A stretch of DNA of 64,000 bases from Bryobacterales bacterium (GTDB lineage Bacteria > Acidobacteriota > Terriglobia > Bryobacterales > UBA6623). The notes below the pieces were generated by a model that did not search any database, had not been told where the DNA came from, and saw nothing but the letters and a program-made list of their open reading frames with translations. The number at the start of each line of letters is the position of its first letter. Within the stretch, counting starts at the first letter, position 1. Where the stretch lies: positions 182,175 to 246,174 of the forward strand of contig CBDCHL010000001.1 of NCBI GenBank assembly GCA_965217195.1, read 5' to 3'. The translations under genes and the position numbers were made by a program. This document shows, one piece after another, positions 45,531-55,250 of this stretch.

Positions 45531-46763
45531 TTACAGCGCCGCCGGCAAACGAGCGATCACGCCCATCTCTTCCCACTCCTTCAACTTGCGGTGAATCTCC
45601 CCGGCGTGTTGGAACTGCGGCGCGGCTTCGAGAAACCTTCGCATTGCGGTGGCGGCCTTGGGATGGTCGCCCTTCCGAGCATGCAGGAACGCCGCCATGC
45701 GGAACCCCTGCGGGAAACGGCCGGCGTCTTCACTGGCTTGGAAAGCGTCCAGAGCCTTCTCAACCGTGGAGACCTCCCCGAGATTGAACCCGGCCACGGC
45801 GTGATAGTAGGCGGCCTCCCCCAGGTAAGGATTCAGGCGTCTGCACTTCTCCGCCAGCTTCGCCGCGCGCTTCCAATTTTTCTCTGTCAGCTCCATGCGG
45901 ATCAGCGGGAGGCGTCAAGTAGCTCGGGTCGGCGTCGATGGCCTTTCCAAAAGCCTGGCGGGCGCCCTGCCTGTCTCGTGTCCTCATCCGCAGGTCCCCC
46001 AGCATGCTCCAAGCGGCAGCAAACTTCGGAAACTTGTCGACTGTCTTTTCGAGTTCTCCGACCGCCTTTTCCACATTGGGCTTCTTCTTGCCCATTTCCT
46101 TGAGCGCCTTCTCGAACATCTTGTGGCCTTTGTCGGGAAGCTGCAAAGACGTGACGCTCACCGAGTTCCCGGCGGCCTTATTGATGGAACGAAGCACGAA
46201 CGTTCCCAGGTCCGAGTCGCCGATCGACCGCCGGCCCAGCGGAAGGCGGCTCGGCCGGTAGCCGGTTAATTCGGCGCGCACCTCGCAGCCAGTCAAGTCG
46301 ATGGTCCCCGAGCCGTGGGTCGTCGTCCGCCCAAGCCTCCGAAGGCGATGTTCAGCGGATCGTCGAAACCGTCGTTGGCCAGGGTGCCGGTTGGTCCGCC
46401 CTCGGGGCCGCCGGGAACCCCCGACCGGGAGGCGTCGCCGGTGGCTTCCCTCGAGTTTTCCGCCGGCCGGAAGCTAAAATACCCCTTCAAGTTGGAATAC
46501 CCAACAGGGCGTGTCTGCCCGTTGCAGTACATTTGAATCACGACCGGCGCGCCGGGCGACGAGCCGTCTTCGAGCGTCACCTGACCCTCAAGATACATGT
46601 TGCGGCGCATCTCGATACCGGTCTGCTGTGGTTGGCCGGGATTGCGCGGCCGCGCGCCGGGCAGCGGGGTCCCCCCTTGGCCGCCGATCCCTTGCGCGGA
46701 AGCAGGCAAGGTTGACAGCCCCGCCAAAACGAGCAATAGAGCGGGGCGCAGCGTGACCAACAT
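45531..46763 (-). pseudogene. CarboxypepD_reg-like domain + TPR repeat protein, broken by two frameshifts (about 46290-46330 and 45896-45915)
   Basis: Three consecutive minus ORFs. 46293..46763 has the signal MLVTLRPALLLVLAGLSTLPASAQ and ..VTLEDGSSPGAPVVIQMYCNGQTRPVGYSNLKGYFSF. 45760..46296 has ..TGCEVRAELTGYRPSR... 45531..45896 has TPR ..RLNPYLGEAAYYHAVAGFNLGE... They join as ..AIDADPSYL/PLIRMELTEKNW... Confidence 0.75.
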
Positions 46764-47177
46764 AAGAACCCCAATCAGGATGACCTGACAACTTAACCAG
46801 GATTTCCCTGGCACTGTGACAGTATACAGCCACGCCGCAACGAATACTACGTGTTTTCGCGCTGAACCCTGCACATCACCTCCCCCGATAGGCCCCAAGC
46901 CCTGTCCGTCCGCTCTCAGGCAGTGATTGAGCGGGCTGAACGGCGCTCCGGCCGACACCTCTCCATGCGAAACCTTTTCGGAACCAAAAGCTGTTGATCC
47001 TCGTGCAGGCAACGCTACCCGCTCGGCAATGGCAGCGCCCAGATCCGACTTAGCATGCCGCCAAACAGCCCGCGGTTCAGATGCCCCTCGGCCCGCAGCA
47101 GCCACCTTGAGTGCTTTCACACCCGCATAAATAAAGGCGTCCGAGGCAGTCGAAAGGTTAGCCGAACCGAGGCTAAA

Positions 47178-48234
47178 GTGGGAATCTGGGCTAAGCTAAA
47201 GGCATTGTCAAGGCTGGAATCAGCGGCTATTTTTGTTACCTTCGGCGCCCTCGTGTGCGTAGTGCCGGGCCACTCGGCCGAGAAGCAGACCCTGCCTTCA
47301 TTCCGCGACATCACCGACGAAGCCGGCCTCGCTTACAAGATCACTTGCGGAGATCCAGTCACCAAGTCTCTGCTCGACGTCAACGGGCAAGGCGCCTGCT
47401 TCCTCGACTACGACGGCGACGGGCGTCTGGACATCTACCTTGTCAATGGATCGTCGCGCTCCCTCGATCTTGCCGGCAATCCTCCCCATGACTACTTGCT
47501 CAAGAACCGAGGGGACGGCACATTCGCGGATGTCACAAAAGGCGCCGGCCTCGGGGACACAAATTGGTCGAGCGGCTGCGCTGTCGGCGACTACGACAAC
47601 GACAGCGATCCGGACCTCTATTTGACCAACTATGGGCCCAATAAGCTCTACCGCAACGATGGCGGAGCTTTTCGAGACGTGGCGGAGAAAGCCGGCGTCG
47701 CCGGGCCGGAACGGACACCCCCAAAGTGGAGCATACGACGGCCAGCAGGATCTGCTTTATCTGAATAGCGGAGACGGTACTTTTCGTGACGTTAGCGCCA
47801 CGGCCGGCATCATCCAAGAAGAGCCGGGCCATGGCTTCGCCGCGGTTTTCTCTGACTACGACGACGACGGCGACCAAGACCTCTACGTCGCGAACGACTC
47901 GGGGCCGAACTTCTATTACGCAAACAACGGTGCCGGGACCTTTGAGGACATCAGCTGGGAATCGGGCGCAATGGTCAATGAGCATGGGGAGCCTGAAGGC
48001 TCGATGGGCCTCACGGTCGGCGACTACAACAACGACGCGCGGCTCGATATCTTCATCACGAATTTCATCGAGCAATCCAACACGCTCTACGAAAACGACG
48101 GCGACAACATGTTCCTCGACCAAACGACCAGCCTGGGCCTCGATCCGGTGGGGTTCAACTATAGCGGGTGGGGCACGAAGTTCATTGACTTCGACAACGA
48201 TGGCCGGCTGGACCTTTTCATTACCAATGGACAC
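47178..48234 (+). pseudogene. CRTAC1/ASPIC-UnbV family FG-GAP repeat protein, 5' part (also frameshifted near 47730-47745)
   Basis: Signal from GTG 47178. Repeats ..FLDYDGDGRLDIYLVNG.., ..VGDYDNDSDPDLYLTNYGPNKLYRNDG.., ..FSDYDDDGDQDLYVAND.., ..VGDYNNDARLDIFITNF.., ..FIDFDNDGRLDLFITNGH. Family similarity stops after ..ITNGH (48234). Confidence 0.75.
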
Positions 48235-48442
48235 ACAGATGAACGCCTAGGCCTGCCCAGCCCCATAGCGCAAGACCACAAGAAAGCAGTCCCCGCGGAA
48301 GGGCCCTGTTTTCCATGGCCGTGCCAAAATGTGGCCAAGAAAACTTCAGGCCGGACAGAACCGCTGAAATAAGTCCGCGGTGGAAGCGGCGCGGGGCAAG
48401 CCCAAATGAGGCTCCACCACACTACCGCTCGGCCCCGGAAGG

Positions 48443-49003
48443 CTATTCCAGAGGCGGTAAGGGTTCAACCCGAAGCGCCTGCCCCTCGACCGCCAGATAG
48501 AACTTGCCGGCCGCCACCGCGTCGTGCCGGTCTTCCCGGCCGGAAGGCCAGCGAATGCCAATGTCCGCCGAGGTGGTATCTCCCAGGCCCACGTGGACTC
48601 GCAGGTCGTTGCTCGATAGGTAACTGTCGCTGCCCCGCACCTCGAAAACGCGCTGCTCGCCCCCGGCCGCGACGACAATTTTGGCGCCAATACCGTCTCG
48701 GTTGCTCGCCACCCCCTGAGTTCGAATCGCGAGCCAGTTCCGGCGGTTTCCACCGCTGTTCAGCAGAAAGGTGGGAATGTCGTTCTTGTTGATCACGAGA
48801 ATGTCTACGTCGCCGTCGTTGTCAAAGTCGGCGAAGGCGGTGCCGCGGCCCACGCGATTCTCAACCTTCCGCATGCCGACCGAGTTTGAGACGTCCACGA
48901 ACCGTTTGCCCGCGCTATTGCGCAGCAAGTAATTCGGCTGGGCATAGGTGTCCGCCGGAAAGCGCTTCTCCAACACGTTGGCCAAGTTGGACGGAACGGG
49001 AAC
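48443..49003 (-). pseudogene. CRTAC1/ASPIC-UnbV family protein, 3' part, on the opposite strand
   Basis: VPVPSNLANVLEKRFPADTYAQPNYLLRNSAGKRFVDVS..GRGTAFADFDNDGDVDILVIN..NWLAIRTQGVASNRDGIGAKIVV..RGSDSYLSSNDLRVHVGLG..IRWPSG (UnbV/ASPIC C-terminal domain). It starts where the + strand part ends. Confidence 0.75.
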
Positions 49004-49379
49004 CGAGAACGCGCAGGGGGCGGACGGGCGTAGCGCCCGCTGGCAGAACCCCATCGAAGCCCACGTGAAAACGCTCAGCTCCGATGACATGCGCAACAGC
49101 GCCTTTATGGCCTGGACCTATCAACTGCCCTTCATGAGGGATAAGAAGAGGGGTCTGGCGAAGCTCGTCGGCGGCTGGAGTTTTTCCGGCGTCTTCCGGG
49201 TTGACCAAGGACGGCCTCTCAACATCTTCATGGCGAATGATATGGGCGGCATTCTGTTCAATCCCCAGAAGCGTCCCAATCGTGCCGGCGGCGAGGGGAC
49301 AACGAGCGGCAGTTTCGACCCCAACGCCGATCGCTACCTCTCTTCGTCCGGGTGGACCGATCCGGGTTCGTTCAACTTT
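49004..49379 (+). pseudogene. Fragment resembling the C-terminal barrel region of a TonB-dependent receptor-like outer membrane protein
   Basis: ..WTYQLPF..LAKLVGGWSFSGVFRVDQGRPLNIF..FNPQKRPNRAG..SFDPNADRYLSSSGWTDPGSFNF. No N-terminal plug and no terminal Phe strand. Confidence 0.35.
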
Positions 49380-49382
49380 GAG

Positions 49383-49539
49383 ATCACCGTCGTTGTCGAC
49401 GTCGGCGAAGGCCGCGCCCTCCGGGGCTGGACAAACCGAGGAATCGGTTCGCGGCAAGCGTGGACGCTCACGCGTTGGCTTGCCCAAACAGGGATGCCAC
49501 GGAGCAGAGGAGCAGAAGGAAGACTTGAGCTTTGCGCAT
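49383..49539 (-). pseudogene. N-terminal stub (signal peptide plus first FG-GAP motif) of another secreted repeat protein, frameshifted
   Basis: MRKAQVFLLLLCSVASLFGQANA from ATG 49539, then a stop. ..GAAFADVDNDGDL follows in another frame. Confidence 0.3.
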
Positions 49540-49625
49540 TACAGGAGACCTCTCTAGACCCAGCAGAAAGAAGGCAGACTGCACCCGTCGGCCCTCAAAT
49601 ATATCCCAGGGCGACCCCGAGGTAA

Positions 49626-50189
49626 TTATGAGGCAATTGCGGATGCTGCGGCAACACCCGCGCAACTGCTGCTCGATGTCTGCCCAGCCGTCTGCTCGCT
49701 GTGCCGTGCGAACATCAGTCGCCGTAGGACTTCGGCGTCCGCCATGCTCGGGTGGTAGTTGCCGTTGGTTTGTCGTCGGTCGGACTCAGAGGAAACTCCG
49801 TTGATCTTGGCCTTTCGACTTTGTTTTGTAGGATTTCGATCGACGATGTTTTTTGTGTGTGCAGCGTAGTGCACAGGTACCCGTGCAGTCGGTTGCACAG
49901 GTTCAGGGCAAAGGAAGCGGTATTTCGTGGCAAAACCAGGACGAAAAACCCTCTTAACGAGGTCCTGCTTCTCGAGTTGTTCAAGAGCCTGGAAGGCGGT
50001 TCGTCGCTTGAGTCCGGTGCCGTGGCTGAGTCGCGTACCGTCCTTCTTGAACACTCCATCGGTTATCTGCTTCACCGAGATCGCCTCCTCCTTCTGGAAC
50101 CCTGCAGTCTGCCTACATTCGAAAAGCCACACGCGCACCTCCGCGGCCGGCAGACGTGCAAGCCAGTAGTCGATGAAGGCGTTGGGCAC
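49626..50189 (-). CDS. Phage/plasmid replication-protein-O-like winged-helix protein
   Basis: GTG start: VPNAFIDYWLARLPAAEVRVWLFECRQTAGFQKEEAISVKQI..LKRRTAFQALEQLEKQDLVKRV is typical of the N-terminal wHTH of replication initiators of mobile elements. The C-terminal half is low-complexity. Confidence 0.55.
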   Translation of the reverse strand: MPNAFIDYWLARLPAAEVRVWLFECRQTAGFQKEEAISVKQITDGVFKKDGTRLSHGTGLKRRTAFQALEQLEKQDLVKRVFRPGFATKYRFLCPEPVQPTARVPVHYAAHTKNIVDRNPTKQSRKAKINGVSSESDRRQTNGNYHPSMADAEVLRRLMFARHSEQTAGQTSSSSCAGVAAASAIAS

Positions 50190-50255
50190 TTCGTGTACGG
50201 CGCGTCGTCAGTTGGGGTGAATCGCTCGCCGGATTTCATGGCTGCCGGAATACTG

Positions 50256-50490
50256 CTAGGAATCCGGGATAACTAGGAAGATCTCTCTGATTGGCTTCGA
50301 CGAGCCTCCATGCGGCTGCCGGTCCAGCCATTCCATTACACCGCAGCGGGAGTACCCAGCCAATCTTCCAATCCTTCTGAACCGAGGACCCTCTCCCAAG
50401 ATCCGCCACCTCCGCAACGTGGCGACGGACACCCAATAGGTGCGCTACGTGGCGGCCGCTGAGGGCGGAAACCGTCAGCGCACTAGCCCG
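50256..50490 (-). pseudogene. AlpA/excisionase-type HTH gene with an internal frameshift (about 50421-50440)
   Basis: Frame a: ..LTVSALSGRHVAHLLGV. Frame b continues SVATLRRWRILGEGPRFRRIGRLAGYSRCGVMEWLDRQP (classic ..LGVS..T(L/I)(Y/R)RW..G..P..(I/V)G). The listed ORF 50236..50667 carries only frame a. Confidence 0.6.
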
Positions 50491-50766
50491 GCTAAAGATT
50501 CCTCTTGGTTTGAAGCGGCGACGGGAGACCAGACTGGGATCGACAGCTTCAACTTGACGTGACACATAGCTTGCGACTCTAACCCCTTCGACTGTCGGAT
50601 AGCCCCACTTCGCCCTGGGGCTCGCGCCCGCAAGGTAAGAAAGACTCTGCCCATTTTCTGCCCACAAAAGTGAGCATCTGCTCCTTTTAGGGCATACCGC
50701 CGCTCTTACCGAAATTCCGGTGTTTCTGGCAAGTGACTTGTTTACAGTGGATTATGCCGAGGATGT

Positions 50767-50832
50767 TGGCGGGCGCGGCAGGACTCGAACCTGCGACCCT
50801 CTGCTTAGAAGGCAGATGCTAGCTTCACACCC
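50767..50832 (-). tRNA. tRNA-Arg(UCU)-like sequence lacking a D-arm (66 nt): degenerate tRNA or att-site remnant, probably not functional
   Basis: The minus strand reads GGGTGTG-AAGCTAGCA-TCTGC-CTTCTAA-GCAGA-GGGTC-GCAGG-TTCGAGT-CCTGC-CGCGCCC-G-CCA. The anticodon arm, T-arm and a 7-bp acceptor (2 G-U pairs) are intact, but only 9 nt sit where roughly 19 nt of D-arm should be. Confidence 0.5.
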
Positions 50833-51339
50833 TTTCCATGGTTTCCCTTTACTTCACAGAGACTTGCATCGTTTCGGGGCGTCTGCTTTCGCTCAAGCCA
50901 CAACCCCGTTAGCCTCAAGGACATGGGTTTTTGACACATTTTTAGCACAGCAAACGTGATCGGGAACGAGCGGCATCCTAACGATTGCCTGTCGTAACAA
51001 AAACAGGGGTACTCCAGCGGCGCTCTCTTCTGTCTGGAGATGCCGACAAGCTGGTATGTATGCACCCCCTTAGCCAACTCGCAATCTGCAGTCATGCGCC
51101 AGGTCGGTGATGCTCACGTGATCTCGCCCTAACCGGTCTGCGGCTCTTGGTCGCGATCCAGTTGCTCAGTCTTCCCCTTTTTCGTTTGTTCTTGTGCGGG
51201 GGCTCCCTCTCCACTTTTGGGGACTCCGCTTCTGCTCGGCCTCCGTAGATTTTCGGACTTGCAGACGCGGGGTTTGTCCTGAAAACGTAGCGATCCCTCG
51301 CTCCTGACTCCCGCCTCATAAAAAGTGGAGGTGGTCGCT

Positions 51340-51510
51340 ATGACCGCACAAGACGAAAAGAAGGAATACCGAAAGAACGTGCCGGAGCTGGAGACGCGTG
51401 TCCGGCTCAGCCAAGACCGCAAGTGGGTGATCTCCCAAACCGTGCTTACCGACATCCGGCCGGCAACGTACTTTGAGCGGATGCTCGCGGACAGGGGTGA
51501 GGGGGCGTGA
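51340..51510 (+). CDS. Small hypothetical protein (56 aa)
   Basis: GGAGG lies 8 nt upstream of ATG 51340. MTAQDEKKEYRKNVPELETRVRLSQDRKWVISQTVLTDIRPATYFERML. Confidence 0.4.
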   Translation: MTAQDEKKEYRKNVPELETRVRLSQDRKWVISQTVLTDIRPATYFERMLADRGEGA

Positions 51511-51970
51511 GCCCACCCACCTCGGTCGTGCAGCGCGCGTCGGCTGATTTCACAGCTGGCTACCACGCGGGATATGAGGCCGCGGCAGGTCCTGCCTGCA
51601 AGAAGTGTCAGCACGAGATGTAACTCAACACTTTTCTCTTTTCTTCTGACGTGTGTTTCTCTGGGTGACGAGCTCAAGCAGCGAATGCGAGCACTGCAGC
51701 ACACAGCGTGACGCCCCCCAGTCCGTCAGTTCCAGAACAAAACCACCCTGCAACAACCTCCCCGCCCACCACCCAGGAATTGAGGCCGCTTTCCTCCTGC
51801 TCTCGGGCTCGCATACGCACCGTTCATGAAGGTTTCGCCTCAGGCTGAAACCTTCTGAGGGCAGTACGCTCGCTTCGAGCAGGCGCGGCACTTTTAATCA
51901 TCGCGGGGCTGAAGGGCAGGCCCCGCGAAGGGATCGTGGGAACCGAGCAAACAGAAAGGAGGTGTCGAAC

Positions 51971-52663
51971 ATGGGATATACACATTACTGGGAGCGAAGG
52001 TCGAACTTCGAGCAGCAGCCGTTCCAGCGAGTGGTGGCAGATTGCAAGAAATTGCTGCCGCTGTTGGAGCACGTTGGTATACCGCTAGCCGGTTGTGATG
52101 GAGAGGGAGTGCCCGAGTTCACCGACGGGCAGATCGCCTTCAATGGCGTGGCGCGATGTGGGCATGAGCAGCGCAATCTCGGCATTACGTGGCCGTCGCG
52201 TGGAGCGCATGGCGTGGCAGGCGCGGTGCAACGCGGTCCGCCGGTTACAGTCGGAGAGACGTTGTGTGCGGCCTTGACTGGCAAGTCAGAGGCATTGGCG
52301 CTCAGGGATAGTGACGTCAGCGACCAGTGGCTAGCGGGGTGCACGGTTTGCACACGCACCTGCGACGGGGACTGCAGCCACGAGTCGTTTGTGCTGCCAC
52401 GAACGTACCGCGTGGAAGCGTGGCAAAAGCTCCGAAACGAGCGCTGCTTCTGCTTCTGCAAAACGGCGTACAAGCCGTATGACCTTGCGGTGAATCTCGC
52501 GCTGATCATCGCCAAGCATCATTTGGGTCATGCGCTCCTTGTGGATAGCGACGGCAGCAGTGAGCAGTGGGACGAGGCGATGTTGATTTGCCAACAGGTT
52601 TTGGGCTTTGGCAAAGATTTCCGGTTGGCTGACCGGAAGAAGACACGACGAGGGGGTGAGTGA
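51971..52663 (+). CDS. Hypothetical protein (MGYTHYW.. family, uncharacterised; phage-associated in my recollection)
   Basis: AGGAGG RBS then ATG 51971. MGYTHYWERRSNF..IAFNGVARCGHE..FCFCKTAYKPYDLAV..VDSDGSSEQW. Confidence 0.5.
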   Translation: MGYTHYWERRSNFEQQPFQRVVADCKKLLPLLEHVGIPLAGCDGEGVPEFTDGQIAFNGVARCGHEQRNLGITWPSRGAHGVAGAVQRGPPVTVGETLCAALTGKSEALALRDSDVSDQWLAGCTVCTRTCDGDCSHESFVLPRTYRVEAWQKLRNERCFCFCKTAYKPYDLAVNLALIIAKHHLGHALLVDSDGSSEQWDEAMLICQQVLGFGKDFRLADRKKTRRGGE

Positions 52664-52668
52664 AGGTG

Positions 52669-52806
52669 ATGATTGAGCAAAGCGTCAAAGAGTACCCCAA
52701 GGAGTTGATAGAAAAAATGGTGATCTGTTGGAATTGTGGAGCAGGAGCCACAACGACCGTCGAGTGGCGCGACCTCTGCGCAGGATGTGCCCTCTATTTC
52801 AGCTAG
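52669..52806 (+). CDS. Small zinc-ribbon protein (45 aa; below the ORF-track size cutoff)
   Basis: My translation: MIEQSVKEYPKELIEKMVICWNCGAGATTTVEWRDLCAGCALYFS (CxxC..CxxC). Starts 3-6 nt after the upstream stop. Confidence 0.45.
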   Translation: MIEQSVKEYPKELIEKMVICWNCGAGATTTVEWRDLCAGCALYFS

Positions 52807-52817
52807 AGGTGATCTCC

Positions 52818-53000
52818 ATGAAACCGCACATATTCGGCGGCAACCGCATCAAGGCTTTCCAGCACAGAAGCTACAATTGGGGAACGTCGGCACCCCGGCA
52901 TCGGGCGTGTATGCATTGCGGTAAGGCGGTAGGGGATGACGACCTCCATTGGCACGCCCTCACCGGCAGATGCGCAGAGTGCGGACTTGGGCTGCCGTAA
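52818..53000 (+). CDS. Small zinc-ribbon protein (60 aa)
   Basis: MKPHIFGGNRIKAFQHRSYNWGTSAPRHRACMHCGKAVGDDDLHWHALTGRCAECGLGLP (CxxC..CxxC). ATG lies 12 nt after the previous stop. Confidence 0.45.
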   Translation: MKPHIFGGNRIKAFQHRSYNWGTSAPRHRACMHCGKAVGDDDLHWHALTGRCAECGLGLP

Positions 53001-53230
53001 GCTCGGCGCTACGGATATCGCTACAGAGGAACAGCGGCAGACGCTGACAGAGTTGGCACGCCAACACACCGAACTAGCCCAATCGCGCAGGCAGGGAAGT
53101 CGGAAAAGGCGAGGGTGGCGGCGGCCAATGCACTGCTCGACCGAGGCTACCTCAAGCCCCGACAGACTCTCTTGAGCAGCACGACCTGACTTCAGATGGC
53201 GAGCCGTTTAGGTTCACGATCAAGATCAAC
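53000..53230 (+). pseudogene. Phage terminase small-subunit-like remnant spread over three frames
   Basis: ..EEQRQTLTELARQHTELA.., ..KSEKARVAAANALLDRGYLKPRQT.. (the aa..LLDRG.GKP.Q motif), ..DGEPFRFTIKINGG.. lie in different frames. Cut by IS630 copy B at 53365. Confidence 0.35.
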
Positions 53231-53366
53231 GGGGGCGACAATTGAAACGACGAAACAAGGACCTTGAGGCGACGATCCACGACACCGCGCGGGGGTTGGT
53301 GTATCGGATAGAGAAAAATCCCGACGAAGGCGCTGTCAGGGGACCAGAAGGGCAGGAGGAGGCTTA

Positions 53367-54459
53367 TTGAATCTCGCAAAATAAAGTGACACCTTTTTGG
53401 GGTACGTACGTCTTTGTATGTATGGGAAATACAAAAGGCGTACGGCGGGATTTCGAGGCCCTGGAGAAGCGCCGTTTCAAAGCGATCCGGTTGGTCGAGC
53501 AAGGCTGTAGTCAGTCCGAGACAGCGAGGCGATTGAAGGTCGCGCGGCAAAGCGTCAGCGAGTGGCTGCGACGATACCGGCGTGACGGCGAAGCCGGGTT
53601 GCGCCAGGCCGGCCGCGCCGGCCGTAAGCCGCTGTTGGACGCCGCGCAGCTCGAACGCCTCGAGGCGTTGCTGCTGGAAGGCCCCGAGGCGCACGGCTTC
53701 CCGACGCCGCTGTGGAGCTGTCCGCGGGTCGCTCGTCTGATCGGAGACGAGTTCGGCGTGCGCTATCACGAGGGCCATGTCTGGAAGATCCTGCGGGCGC
53801 TCGGTTGGAGCCCGCAACGGCCCGTCGGCAAAGCGCGGGAGCGCAACGAAGAGGCCATCCGCGGCTGGCAGCGCAAGACTTGGCCGGCCATTAAAAAAAA
53901 GCCCGCAAAGAAGAACGTACGATCGTCTTCATCGACGAAAGCGGATTGAGTCAGAAGCCGCATCGTTGCCGCACCTGGGCGCCGCGCGGCGAGACACCGG
54001 TGTTGGAGTTCAACTTCAACTGGGACAAGCTGTCGGTGTCGGCCGGGCTGACGTTGCGCAACTTTTACTTCCGGCTCTATCCCGGCGCGATCGGCGAGCT
54101 GGAGGTCATCGACTTCCTGAAGGCTTTGGTGCGCCACATCGACGGCCCACTGCTGATCGTCTGGGACCGGCTGCCGGCGCACCGCAGCCGCCTGGTGCGG
54201 GAGTTCATCCAGCTCTCCGAGGATCACATCGCAACGGAGTACTTGCCGCCCTATGCGCCGGAGTTGAACCCGGTGGAATACATTTGGGCGTACTGGAAGC
54301 AGCACGAGTTGCCCAACGTCTGCCCGAAGGACTACTGGGAACTCGACGAGCGCGCCCGCAAAGCGCTGCGGCGAATGCGCCGCAAACCGCGCTTGATTAC
54401 CGCTTTCTGGAAACAGTCTTCTCTTTGTCTCGATTGACAGTATATTATGCGGGACTCAG
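53367..54459 (+). mobile_element. IS630-family insertion sequence, copy B (1,093 bp), TA-flanked; the target reconstructs to CTAG
   Basis: TA at 53365-66 and 54460-61. Flanks ..gaggct/TA/gtggtt. Near-identical to copy A in inverted orientation. Confidence 0.9.
53386..54437 (+). CDS. IS630-family transposase (ORF 53386..53949 and ORF 53946..54437 joined by a putative -1 frameshift at A AAA AAG, 53893-53901)
   Basis: Proteins identical to copy A. The slippery run of 8 A followed by G lies in the overlap of the two frames. Confidence 0.85.
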
Positions 54460-55250
54460 TAGTGGTTAATGATGAAATTCCGGATCGTGAGTCCGGCGGT
54501 GTCAACTCACTGGGCACGAAGCAACGGAATCAACCTCATTGATTCACCTTGCCGAAGACATTGCAGCCTTCGTCCCCCGACTCCTCACGAGAAGCCGAAT
54601 ATGGTGATCGGCTCGTTCTGAAGCGCACCAAAACTGGGCCGCCTGTCTCCGCCGGTCGGAGCTTACCGGAGCGATGGCCGGTGGACGGATTTCCGCCGCC
54701 TCCTCCGGCTCCCGAACATCCAGCGCTTGATTCGACGATCGTGCTTGACGAGCGTCGCGATCACTGTCAGCAAAATGCCGACCAAGGCCAGATCTAGAAG
54801 CTGGTAGGGCATAGGACTCCGACGCTTCCGGGGTTAATGCAAGCGGAAGCGCCGGCAGACGGAGACAAGGCGATAGAACGGAACAGTAAATAGACCTAGT
54901 GACTGAGCCATACGAAGATCCGGATGGCATGCGGTTGCCCCACGCGCCACATGCGGGAAACAGAAGCGCAAGGCTCGCCTTCGTCGTCTGCCAACCGGTC
55001 CGTCTTGAAACGAACGCTGTCAGCCGATCCGACATCCACCCATACGGCGGTGACGCCGAAACCCTCGCGCAATCACTCGTTGCAATCCAGAAAGCCGCTG
55101 CACTGATCATCCGCGAGATTCAACCCTCTCGCGCGCACCCGTCGAGTTCTCTTGGCCCGGTCCGGAGCGTCACCTCTCCCTCAAGCGACCGCCGTGCACC
55201 GGATCATTGTTTGGCGCGTCGCAAGCTCAACAGTTACCTAGATCGACATG

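Noticed and set aside
31349-54459. Calling the IS630-bracketed 23-kb unit a composite transposon.
   Set aside because: The flanks of copy A by themselves reconstruct a contiguous interrupted palindrome, and each copy has its own TA/CTAG-type target. Two independent insertions are therefore more parsimonious. The interior is mostly debris rather than a coherent cargo. The arrangement is reported as a finding, not as a feature call.
54460-55250. ORFs between IS630 copy B and the integrase (54544..55110 -, 54549..54797 +, 54899..55312 +).
   Set aside because: None shows recognisable motifs or convincing composition. They overlap one another, so the region is left unannotated.
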